Shown here: one piece after another, positions 49,509 through 56,446 of the stretch
Layout of the letters: the number at the start of each line of letters is the position of its first letter
How positions within the stretch are numbered: position 1 is the stretch's first letter
NCBI GenBank assembly: GCA_045649105.1
Contig: JAZRPG010000045.1
Location: forward strand, 4,530 to 68,529
From: Eubacteriales bacterium
GTDB taxonomy: Bacteria > Bacillota > Clostridia > Oscillospirales > JAAYXM01
DNA: 64,000 bases
Reading direction: 5' to 3'
The notes under the pieces: generated by a model
Database searches by the model: none
Seen by the model: the letters and a program-made list of their open reading frames with translations, nothing else
Told to the model about the DNA's origin: nothing
Translations under genes and position numbers: made by a program

Positions 49509-51197
49509 TTATTTCTTCAGTATTTTTTCGTTTACCACCTGCAGCTCACAGTCGCATATCTCACGCGCGGCATTTCTGTGTGATATGGCAATGCAGGTGC
49601 GCCCCGGAAGCTTCATTATATTTTCAAGCACGGCTCTCTCCGTCTCCTCGTCAAGCGCGCTTGTCGCCTCATCAAGAAGCAGCACCGGCGCACCGGACAG
49701 AATCGCACGCGCTATTGCAAGGCGCTGCACCTGCCCTTCAGAAAGCCCGCGCCCCCGCTCGCCTATTTCGGTCATAACCCCGTCCCGAAGCTCATTCACA
49801 AAAGTATCGGCTGAGCTTACACGCAGAGCTTTATCTATATCCTCTTCCGTCGCATCAGGTTTTGCAAGCAGGAGATTTTCGCGGATTGTCCCGCTCATAA
49901 GGAAATTACCCTGCGGCACATACGCAAAAAGCCCGCGTGTTGAACTTCCGAGTCTTATTTCCCTTCCGTCAGAGAGAGAAGCACATATCTCTCCGGACGC
50001 AGGTCTTATAACGCCCATAAGAAGCTTGATAAGCGTGCTTTTTCCTATGCCCGATGCCCCTGATATAAGCGTAAGCTTTCCTTTATGTATTTCTGCATCC
50101 GCGTCGGTAAACACCTTTGTCTTCCCGTAATTAAAAGATACTCTTTGAAGGCGTATCAGGTCAAGCTCCTTGTATATTTCCGGTACATCAGTGCAAGTCG
50201 CGTCATCTTCACACGGAAGGTCTGCAAGCTCCATTATCCGCTCTGCCGACGCTATCGCCGAGTAGTACTTTGAGAGGCTTCCTGAAAGGCCCGCAAACGG
50301 CGTCTGTATCTGTCCTATAAGCTGCATTATCGCAGTAAAATCACCGTAACCGAAGCCGGGTGTGCCCGACAGTATCCTCACAGCGCCCCAGACTACCGCA
50401 TACATATATCCGCACATGACAAGCGCGGAAAATCCCGTCCCTGCGCCTGACGAAAACGCGGCTCGCCGCATTTTTGCCTTGTGCTGTGCCTTGGCGCGTC
50501 CGCTTTCTCCGTCCGTTATCTGCTCCTCCATCTTAAAGGACTTTATAACAAGAAGATTTTCCATCGCCTCCTGCACAAATGAGCGCAGACGGCCGCCCGC
50601 CTCCTGAACATCTGTGTGCGTGCGCTTCATAAATTTGCGGAATACACGCGCAAACACAAACATCAGAAGCCCGCCGCAGAGTATCAGGATTGCAAAGCGC
50701 CTGTCCACCAGAAGTATCGCCGCAAGCGCTCCGACAAGGCGCGTCAGAAGTCCGATAACCCCCGGCACAAGTGTCGCCGTTGTACTGCACACTATTGAAA
50801 CATCGCCAAACAGGCGGTTTATCACCTCGCCGCTGTGAAACGACGAAACTGCGCTGTAATCCTTTTTTAAAAGAGCGCGGAACACACGCCCGCGCATGGC
50901 TATTTCAAGCCGTGAGGATATGTGCTCCTCAAGCATACGGCATGTTATACTGAGCAGAAGCTGAAGCGCAACGACAGCAACCATAACGACAGCCGCGCGC
51001 CACACGCCCGCAGTATCCCCTTCAATCGCGCGGTTTATCACATCACGCACGACAAGTGTAAAATACACGCCGAGTGCCGCGATAAGAGCGTTTACAGCCG
51101 TCACTGCAAGTATTTTAAGAAGCTCGCCCTTTGACGAATCAAAAATAAATCTGTGCGCCTTATTTTTTTCCAAAAAACACCCTCCCTGCCGCCGCAA
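49509..51197 (-). CDS. ABC exporter, fused TMD-NBD half-transporter (no C39 peptidase domain)
   Basis: 562 aa with six TM helices, Walker A GASGIGKST, signature LSEGQVQRLAIARA and Walker B LLLDEATSALD. Two TTG starts are possible, 51197 or 51173 (the latter with a GGGAGGG RBS). Both overlap the upstream gene. Confidence 0.9.
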   Translation of the reverse strand: MRRQGGCFLEKNKAHRFIFDSSKGELLKILAVTAVNALIAALGVYFTLVVRDVINRAIEGDTAGVWRAAVVMVAVVALQLLLSITCRMLEEHISSRLEIAMRGRVFRALLKKDYSAVSSFHSGEVINRLFGDVSIVCSTTATLVPGVIGLLTRLVGALAAILLVDRRFAILILCGGLLMFVFARVFRKFMKRTHTDVQEAGGRLRSFVQEAMENLLVIKSFKMEEQITDGESGRAKAQHKAKMRRAAFSSGAGTGFSALVMCGYMYAVVWGAVRILSGTPGFGYGDFTAIMQLIGQIQTPFAGLSGSLSKYYSAIASAERIMELADLPCEDDATCTDVPEIYKELDLIRLQRVSFNYGKTKVFTDADAEIHKGKLTLISGASGIGKSTLIKLLMGVIRPASGEICASLSDGREIRLGSSTRGLFAYVPQGNFLMSGTIRENLLLAKPDATEEDIDKALRVSSADTFVNELRDGVMTEIGERGRGLSEGQVQRLAIARAILSGAPVLLLDEATSALDEETERAVLENIMKLPGRTCIAISHRNAAREICDCELQVVNEKILKK

Positions 51198-51618
51198 ACA
51201 GTCCCCTTACGCGCCTGAACACGCGAGAGCGCACGCGGCGCCGCGCATATTTCATATATGAAGCATCTTTTGTATCTATATCCTTTCCGTCACGGCGGAA
51301 AGATGAGACAACACCTATTATCTGCCCGTCAGTTACGGGATATTCCTTTATACACTGGTGGTCTCCGCACATCACATATCCGCGCCGCCGCACGCCTATA
51401 ACCCTGTGCAGCACAAATGTACCGTCTTCTCGCCTGTACAGCGGAATATCGTATTTTTTAAGCCTTCCGCAAGCCTTAATAAGCTCGACGCTGTCGCGGC
51501 CCTCACGAAGAAGCGGAAGCATGCTCTGCCCCGTAATTTCAAGCCGTATGCTGCCGCCTGAAGAAAGCGTCTCCTCAATGACGGGCGCAAGAGCGGAAAG
51601 CGAAACCTTCTTATTCAA
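51160..51618 (-). CDS. S26B-type (SipW/ER-type, Ser-His) signal-peptidase-like protein lacking a membrane anchor
   Basis: 152 aa with GQSMLPLL (Ser box), VLHRVIG (His box, where bacterial type I enzymes have Lys) and CGDHQ (GD box). There is no hydrophobic N-terminus, and the C-terminal tail is Arg-rich. The TTG start overlaps the PqqD gene stop by 8 nt. Confidence 0.7.
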   Translation of the reverse strand: MNKKVSLSALAPVIEETLSSGGSIRLEITGQSMLPLLREGRDSVELIKACGRLKKYDIPLYRREDGTFVLHRVIGVRRRGYVMCGDHQCIKEYPVTDGQIIGVVSSFRRDGKDIDTKDASYMKYARRRVRSRVFRRVRGLFAAAGRVFFGKK

Positions 51619-51883
51619 GTATATCAGCTTCTCTCATTTGCGCTATAAACGCGGCGGTATCTTTCCTTGCAATCTCCTCGGAAACATCATAGCTCTCAAG
51701 TATCGCGGCTACAAGCTCGTCCTCCTCCGCGCCTGAAGAAAGCTTCTCCCAGAGCATTGCGCCGACCTCATTAAGCGTCATCATTCCGTTGAAATCAACC
51801 GCAGCGCTTCCTGTCGGAAGGACGACATTATTCCCCGCGACACTGCGCATTACATAGCAATCCTTGATTTTCAAAACCATCAC
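51611..51883 (-). CDS. PqqD family protein (RiPP recognition element-like)
   Basis: 90 aa. MTLNEVGAMLWEKL..EDELVAAILESYDVSEEIARKDTAAFIAQMREADIL matches the PqqD winged-helix pattern. Its start is coupled to the upstream stop (TGATG). Confidence 0.8.
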   Translation of the reverse strand: MMVLKIKDCYVMRSVAGNNVVLPTGSAAVDFNGMMTLNEVGAMLWEKLSSGAEEDELVAAILESYDVSEEIARKDTAAFIAQMREADILE

Positions 51884-52599
51884 ACCTCCGTATTTTTTGC
51901 GGACATGGCGTTATAACTTGCCAAAGCCGCGTCACTGTCCATATTTACCTTCGCTCTGAATATCGGCACCTGCGAAAACAGACGGTCAACAAGCGCAAGA
52001 AGCTTCGCCGTTTTCTTGTGGTCAACAGGCCGCAGAGTCTGCTCCATAAACTGCACAAGCGCCTCGGCCGGAGCAATGCGCGTAACCTCATTTTTCTCTC
52101 CGCGCTCCAGAAACGCAATTCCGCGCAGCGGCACCGACACATTCCTGCTTATGTCATACTTTCCGCTCCACGGCGTTCCGCACGCAAAAAAAGCACCGTC
52201 TCGCTCAATTATCGCAGGCTTATCGTCGTTTATTACAAATGTCCGCTCCGCACCGAACACCTTCTGCCACAGCTTAATATGCGTCGACTTCCCCACGCCC
52301 GACGGAGCAGAAAACAAATACGCACCGCCGTCAAGGCTTATTGCCGCGGAATGAAGAAGCAGCCCTCCATGCTCTATGAGTGCATCATAAAACACGGTCG
52401 CCGTAAGCATATATTCGCATTCGTCATATGAAAAATGCGGATTTTTCTTTTTTTCATTAAGAATTAAAAAATCAGGGATATTTATTTCAATATCTGCCTG
52501 CTGAAACTCCCCGCATCTGTACGCCTCAAGTCTTGAGTTTGTGAGCTCTCCGCGGCACACGGCACGCACCCTGAGCCCGGCTATACTGTAATAACCCAC
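51880..52599 (-). CDS. HPr kinase/phosphorylase-like P-loop protein (HprK-related kinase)
   Basis: GGLLLHSAAISLDGGAYLFSAPSGVGKSTHIKLW fits the HprK C-terminal-domain P-loop pattern seen in lasso-cluster kinases. The start was set to GTG 52599, with RBS AAGGGGG 7 nt upstream. The track ATG at 52668 coincides with the predicted -35 box. Confidence 0.72.
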   Translation of the reverse strand: MGYYSIAGLRVRAVCRGELTNSRLEAYRCGEFQQADIEINIPDFLILNEKKKNPHFSYDECEYMLTATVFYDALIEHGGLLLHSAAISLDGGAYLFSAPSGVGKSTHIKLWQKVFGAERTFVINDDKPAIIERDGAFFACGTPWSGKYDISRNVSVPLRGIAFLERGEKNEVTRIAPAEALVQFMEQTLRPVDHKKTAKLLALVDRLFSQVPIFRAKVNMDSDAALASYNAMSAKNTEV

Positions 52600-52639
52600 G
52601 CGCCGCACCCCCTTTTGAACATCGCAAAATACTATGATT

Positions 52640-52668
52640 ATAATACCACAACGCAAAAAATACTTCAA
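52640..52668 (-). promoter_or_regulatory. Candidate sigma-A promoter of the kinase-PqqD-peptidase-ABC operon (TTGAAG-17-TATTAT)
   Basis: -35 is at 52663-52668 (rc) and -10 at 52640-52645 (rc). Confidence 0.35.
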
Positions 52669-52704
52669 GTGTTATAAAATACAGCAATATTTTGCACTCA
52701 GCGC

Positions 52705-52734
52705 GCATATTACGGCATATAACCGCGCAAACTA
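52705..52734 (+). promoter_or_regulatory. Forespore-type (sigma-G/F-like) promoter candidate GCATA-N18-CAAACTA upstream of the DUF1540-like gene
   Basis: GCATA at 52705-52709 and CAAACTA at 52728-52734 fit the GHATR-N17/18-CAHWHTA pattern as I recall it. The site is 37 nt upstream of the ATG. Confidence 0.3.
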
Positions 52735-52770
52735 TCTCCGCGCAAAAAAATAAACGGAGGTATTTGCAAA

Positions 52771-52959
52771 ATGTCTGATAACAACGCAAACAAAAGCATT
52801 CAGTGCACAGTAACTTCCTGCGCTCATCACTGCGGCGATGTCAATTACTGCTCTCTCAACACCATACAGGTCGGAACCCATGAGCAGAACCCGACAAAGG
52901 ACCAGTGTACAGACTGCATGTCGTTTGACCTTAAAAAATCAAACGGAAGCTGCTGCTGA
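52771..52959 (+). CDS. Small Cys-rich protein, DUF1540-like
   Basis: 62 aa with RBS GGAGG. It has the spacing C-x4-C-x3-C-x5-C (CTVTSCAHHCGDVNYC), then QCTDCMSF, and ends in SNGSCC. Confidence 0.75.
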   Translation: MSDNNANKSIQCTVTSCAHHCGDVNYCSLNTIQVGTHEQNPTKDQCTDCMSFDLKKSNGSCC

Positions 52960-52997
52960 CCCTGCGGGCGGATTTTTCCGCCCCTTACATAGACAAT

Positions 52998-53042
52998 GCA
53001 CGGCAGAAAGGCCTCTCACGCTTTCTGCCGTGCAATTTTTCC
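52998..53042. terminator. Terminator between convergent DUF1540-like gene and spoVT
   Basis: A 13-bp stem, GCACGGCAGAAAG / CTTTCTGCCGTGC, followed by AATTTTTCC on the plus strand. Confidence 0.7.
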
Positions 53043-53071
53043 GTACTGTATTCTTTTCGTATGATGGCCTT

Positions 53072-53614
53072 TTATGCTTCCATCTGCTTGCCGAGAAATC
53101 CTGCAACCGTCTGCGCGAGCTTATATCCCGTCTCTCCAAGCTCCGTCTCCGAGCCGTCAAACGCAAATACAATGCACCCCGACACGTCACCCTCGGATAT
53201 TATTGGCGCCGCGATTGACAGATACTGTCCGTTATCACTGTCAGTAACGCTGATTTTTCTTTCCCCGCTCTTGTGCTGATAAATCTGGCGTGACTCAATA
53301 ATATGCTCAAGGTCCTCGCTTATCCTCTTGTCGAGCAAATCGCGGCGCGCAGGTCCCGATGCCGCAATTACCGAATCACGGTCACACACGATTGCTGTCG
53401 CTCCCGTTGTCTTATTGAGCGTTTCGCATATATGGATAGCAAATGTCGCAAGCTCTCCGACGGGAGAATATTTTTTGAATATTACCTCTCCGTCCTTGTC
53501 CGTGTATATCTCAAGCGGATCTCCCTCGCGTATGCGCATCGTGCGGCGGATTTCTTTCGGTATGACGACACGACCGAGGTCGTCAATTCTTCTTACAATT
53601 CCTGTGGCTTTCAT
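53072..53614 (-). CDS. spoVT: Stage V sporulation protein T (AbrB-type N-domain + GAF-like domain)
   Basis: 180 aa. The N-terminal MKATGIVRRIDDLGRVVIPKEIRRTMRIREGDPLEI is the SpoVT/AbrB swapped-hairpin motif. Length and C-terminal domain match SpoVT. Confidence 0.93.
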   Translation of the reverse strand: MKATGIVRRIDDLGRVVIPKEIRRTMRIREGDPLEIYTDKDGEVIFKKYSPVGELATFAIHICETLNKTTGATAIVCDRDSVIAASGPARRDLLDKRISEDLEHIIESRQIYQHKSGERKISVTDSDNGQYLSIAAPIISEGDVSGCIVFAFDGSETELGETGYKLAQTVAGFLGKQMEA

Positions 53615-53640
53615 TATATAAATCCCCTTTTTGTTTTGAA

Positions 53641-53649
53641 ATTATAACA
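53641..53649 (-). promoter_or_regulatory. Extended -10 element (TGTTATAAT) upstream of spoVT
   Basis: The reverse complement of 53641-53649 is TGTTATAAT, about 27 nt upstream of the ATG. No good -35 was found. Confidence 0.3.
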
Positions 53650-53741
53650 CTATTGTTTACAATCAAGGGATTTTTATGTAAGGAAATTGGTGGGAAGAAA
53701 TCAAAATTCAGTTTCAGAATACTTCTCTTTTAAAATAAATT

Positions 53742-54272
53742 TTATTTATATTCTCCGCAATTTTTGCAATACTGATTTCCTGCTCCGTTTTTGCTTTTAC
53801 ATTTTTGGCATGTCCAGTATCCCGCATCATAACAATTTAATGGCGAAGCTGTATCTGTTGTTCTTTGTCTGACAACACTTTTATCACTGCTTTTTGTGCT
53901 TTTTTCTCCTTGTACTTCACCGTCATTTTCCGCACAGTAAAGCGCTGTGCCTGCAGTTATTCTTACATTGTGAACAATACTGGCACCCGCGCCCAGAATA
54001 ATTGCTATAAGATGATATGTAATGTACTGAAAAAAAGCGAGAGCCGCCGTAATTGCAATTATTGTGATAAACACCCGGAATCCGCCGTCTTCTGCAAGCG
54101 CAAAAGCCGTAATTATCCCTATTATGCCTATAACCCAACAAACTATCTTTCCTATTGTCTCAATCGTCTCACACCAAGCCCACAACGAAGCCGAAATATG
54201 ATCCATCTTCATACATTCCTTCAAAGAATTCGGCTTCTTTGACAATATGCAGCTCGTAAAAACATTCTTCAC
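53742..54272 (-). CDS. Small two-TM membrane protein with C-terminal zinc ribbon
   Basis: Two hydrophobic helices and a C-terminal CQKCKSKNGAGNQYCKNCG. The start was set to GTG 54272, with RBS AAGGGAGG 8 nt upstream, which is downstream of the predicted promoter. The track ATG at 54353 lies upstream of that promoter. Confidence 0.6.
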   Translation of the reverse strand: MKNVFTSCILSKKPNSLKECMKMDHISASLWAWCETIETIGKIVCWVIGIIGIITAFALAEDGGFRVFITIIAITAALAFFQYITYHLIAIILGAGASIVHNVRITAGTALYCAENDGEVQGEKSTKSSDKSVVRQRTTDTASPLNCYDAGYWTCQKCKSKNGAGNQYCKNCGEYK

Positions 54273-54303
54273 TTTTATTTCCTCCCTTAAGTATAATATG
54301 TAT

Positions 54304-54332
54304 ATTTTAGCGAAATTCTCGCTAAAAGTCAA
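54304..54332 (-). promoter_or_regulatory. Sigma-A promoter (TTGACT-17-TAAAAT) of the membrane/zinc-ribbon gene
   Basis: -35 is at 54327-54332 (rc) and -10 at 54304-54309 (rc). The spacer is filled by the inverted repeat at 54308-54324. Confidence 0.5.
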
Positions 54333-54349
54333 TAGCGAAATTCTTTCTA
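54308..54349. promoter_or_regulatory. Two operator-like sites: TAGCGAAATTCTCGCTA (54308-54324, perfect 6-bp inverted repeat) and TAGCGAAATTCTTTCTA (54333-54349, degenerate copy)
   Basis: Read directly from the sequence. Site starts are 25 bp apart, and the sites lie between the divergent XRE gene and the membrane protein gene. Confidence 0.45.
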
Positions 54350-54387
54350 TCATATAATGATATTACTCTTATGGAGGAGGTGTTGAT

Positions 54388-54606
54388 ATGCCGTATTATA
54401 AGCGTCTTAGAGATTTACGCGAAGACCGAGACCTTACGCAAACAAAGCTCGGTGAGATATTATCTTGCAGCCAGCGAGTTTACAGCAATTATGAACGCGG
54501 AGATATCGACATTCCTACATCAACACTTGTAAAACTCGCGGATTTTTACGATATTTCCGTTGATTATATCTTAGGCAGAACCGATAACCCCAAAACAAAC
54601 AAATAG
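54388..54606 (+). CDS. XRE family helix-turn-helix transcriptional regulator
   Basis: 72 aa. LTQTKLGEILSCSQRVYSNYERGDIDIPTSTLVKLADFYDISVDYILGR is a typical Cro/C1 HTH. The RBS is GGAGGAGG. Confidence 0.88.
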   Translation: MPYYKRLRDLREDRDLTQTKLGEILSCSQRVYSNYERGDIDIPTSTLVKLADFYDISVDYILGRTDNPKTNK

Positions 54607-54611
54607 TCATC

Positions 54612-54648
54612 AACAGCGAGGTGAAATTCACCTCGCTGTTGTTCTTTC
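54612..54648 (+). terminator. Rho-independent terminator after the XRE gene
   Basis: A 14-bp stem, AACAGCGAGGTGAA / TTCACCTCGCTGTT, followed by GTTCTTTCT. Confidence 0.7.
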
Positions 54649-54680
54649 TGCCACGCTATGTATTGCAAAATAAAACCTGT

Positions 54681-55517
54681 CTAACACTTTTCAAATCCGA
54701 CTAACAAGCCGCCCTTTTCTGCATAAAAGCTGCACAGGCCCCTGAATTTATGTATCTCAACCTGTACATCACCGAACTTTTCTTTAATCATCGCTTTCAA
54801 TTGCTCCGCTGCCTTTTGATTCTGACAATGCCCGATGCTGACCCTGCCGCTTCTGAATCCGTACTTTTCAAGGTCAGATAGTATCGTATCCAGGGACTTA
54901 TTTTCTCCTCTGCATTTATGAGAAGGCTCCAGTGTCCCTTCATCGCTCGCTTTTCCGACTATGCAGATACCCGCAAAACCCGCAAGCTTCGCCACAATGG
55001 GAGACACTCTGCCGTTAGCTGCAAAATTCTTGAGGGACTTAAGCATAAACACAAGCCCGGTGTTCTTATTATATTCCTGTATCCTCCTGCAAATCTCCTC
55101 ATAATCCACGCCGTTCTTTATAAGCTCCTCCAGCTTTCTGACCGCCAAGGTGATTTCAGGGCCTGCAGAAAGTGTATCGAGAACAAAAACGCGCTTTCCT
55201 TCATTCTCCGCTTCATACATCTCCTTTGCCGTGCACGCCGAGTTATAGCTGCCGGAAAGAGCGCTTGTTATTGTAACGCATATGATATCGTCGGCATCTC
55301 CAAAAGCTTTTATCCAATCAGCCGGGTTCGGGCAGGAGGTTTGCGACCTTTCTTTATACTCGTCAAAGAAATTTACCATTTCATCAACATCAAGATTCTC
55401 ATCATCGACAAATTCTCTTTCCGCCGTGATGATTTTCATTGGAGAGCTTGCAAACTCCACATTTTCAAGCGCTGACAAATCGGATGCAGAATCCGACACA
55501 ATTCTGATTTTTCTCAT
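54681..55517 (-). CDS. DegV family fatty-acid-binding protein
   Basis: IRIVSDSASDL at the N-terminus, and the length and pattern are typical of DegV. The start was set to ATG 55517, with RBS AGGAGA 6 nt upstream. Confidence 0.88.
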   Translation of the reverse strand: MRKIRIVSDSASDLSALENVEFASSPMKIITAEREFVDDENLDVDEMVNFFDEYKERSQTSCPNPADWIKAFGDADDIICVTITSALSGSYNSACTAKEMYEAENEGKRVFVLDTLSAGPEITLAVRKLEELIKNGVDYEEICRRIQEYNKNTGLVFMLKSLKNFAANGRVSPIVAKLAGFAGICIVGKASDEGTLEPSHKCRGENKSLDTILSDLEKYGFRSGRVSIGHCQNQKAAEQLKAMIKEKFGDVQVEIHKFRGLCSFYAEKGGLLVGFEKC

Positions 55518-55611
55518 TTCTTTTCTCCTGTTCAAAAAATATATTCCTGTTTATTTTTTCGCTCAGCTTCGGTGTGTTATATCAAAGCACCTTTCGCCGT
55601 AACATGAAGCT

Positions 55612-56442
55612 TCATAATTTGCTGTATTCCAGAGGTCTTTTATAGAATTCTTCATATGACTTGGCCCAGGCCTCATAATTTTTATTTTTCATATCCCTCC
55701 TGGCGCCTGCAGAAGAAAGATTTTCGTCCGGATAAATTGCAGGCAGTATATGAACCGTATATTCCTGCACGAAAAAACCGTCCGGGTCAAGTATGTCGCT
55801 GTCTTCCATTGTGATAAAGACCGGAACAACGGGAGCCTTATTCCGCACAGCGAGAGAAAAGGCTCCGTCCTGCATGGGTCGGGGCTTGCGATAATTCCAC
55901 CACATACCCTGTTCAGGATATATCAATATTGTCTCGCCGCGGTTCAGCAGTTCGGCAAATGCATGCATAAACTCAACCATCGTTTCCTTCCGGCTCGATA
56001 ACGGAAGCGTATTACAGTGCCGCATAAAGAGTCCGAATGGTTTGGGCGGGTTGGTATAGTTTCCTTCTCGGATTACTTTATAAAGCATCCTTCCGTCCAT
56101 ATGGTCGCGAAGTGCCACCCATACGGCGTAATTATCGCACATACTGAAATGATTGCAGGTAACAATCCTTCCGCCTTTGACAGCAGTAAAATTCTCAATA
56201 CCGCGGACTTCCTTTATGATAAGCTGCCTTGCGGCAATCATTTTATCAAAAAAACGGGCACCAAAAGCATTGGCTACCTTATTTTTTATTTTGCTTGACA
56301 GCTTTTTGTTCAGATAGTCTATATTATCCGGCATAAGCGGATATGTTTCGGGGTCGTCCTCGACATCGAGATACCACCGCTCCTGTTTTTCAAGTTCGGC
56401 GATTTTTTCAAGCAGTTCCAGTTTATGAGCCGATTTTTCCAT
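55612..56442 (-). CDS. Lysophospholipid (1-acyl-glycerol-3-phosphate-type) acyltransferase family protein
   Basis: 276 aa with the HX4D motif CNHFSMCD and a YPEQG motif, consistent with the PlsC/LPLAT fold. Confidence 0.75.
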   Translation of the reverse strand: MEKSAHKLELLEKIAELEKQERWYLDVEDDPETYPLMPDNIDYLNKKLSSKIKNKVANAFGARFFDKMIAARQLIIKEVRGIENFTAVKGGRIVTCNHFSMCDNYAVWVALRDHMDGRMLYKVIREGNYTNPPKPFGLFMRHCNTLPLSSRKETMVEFMHAFAELLNRGETILIYPEQGMWWNYRKPRPMQDGAFSLAVRNKAPVVPVFITMEDSDILDPDGFFVQEYTVHILPAIYPDENLSSAGARRDMKNKNYEAWAKSYEEFYKRPLEYSKL

Positions 56443-56446
56443 ACAC

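Noticed and set aside
49459-50130. 223-aa plus-strand ORF opposite the ABC exporter NBD.
   Set aside because: It is antisense to the Walker A, signature and Walker B region of a clear ABC protein. It starts inside the bidirectional terminator.
52634-52753. 39-aa plus-strand sORF (MIIIPQRKKYFKCYKIQQYFALSAHITAYNRANYLRAKK) in the divergent control region, considered as a precursor.
   Set aside because: There is no Shine-Dalgarno sequence upstream. It runs through both candidate promoters and is on the wrong strand for the operon. It remains a formal possibility only.
52526-52789. 87-aa minus-strand ORF upstream of and overlapping the HprK-like gene, considered as a possible precursor peptide.
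   Set aside because: It is out of frame with, and largely overlapping, the kinase-like gene. It begins inside the divergent DUF1540-like gene and spans the predicted promoter. It has no RBS.
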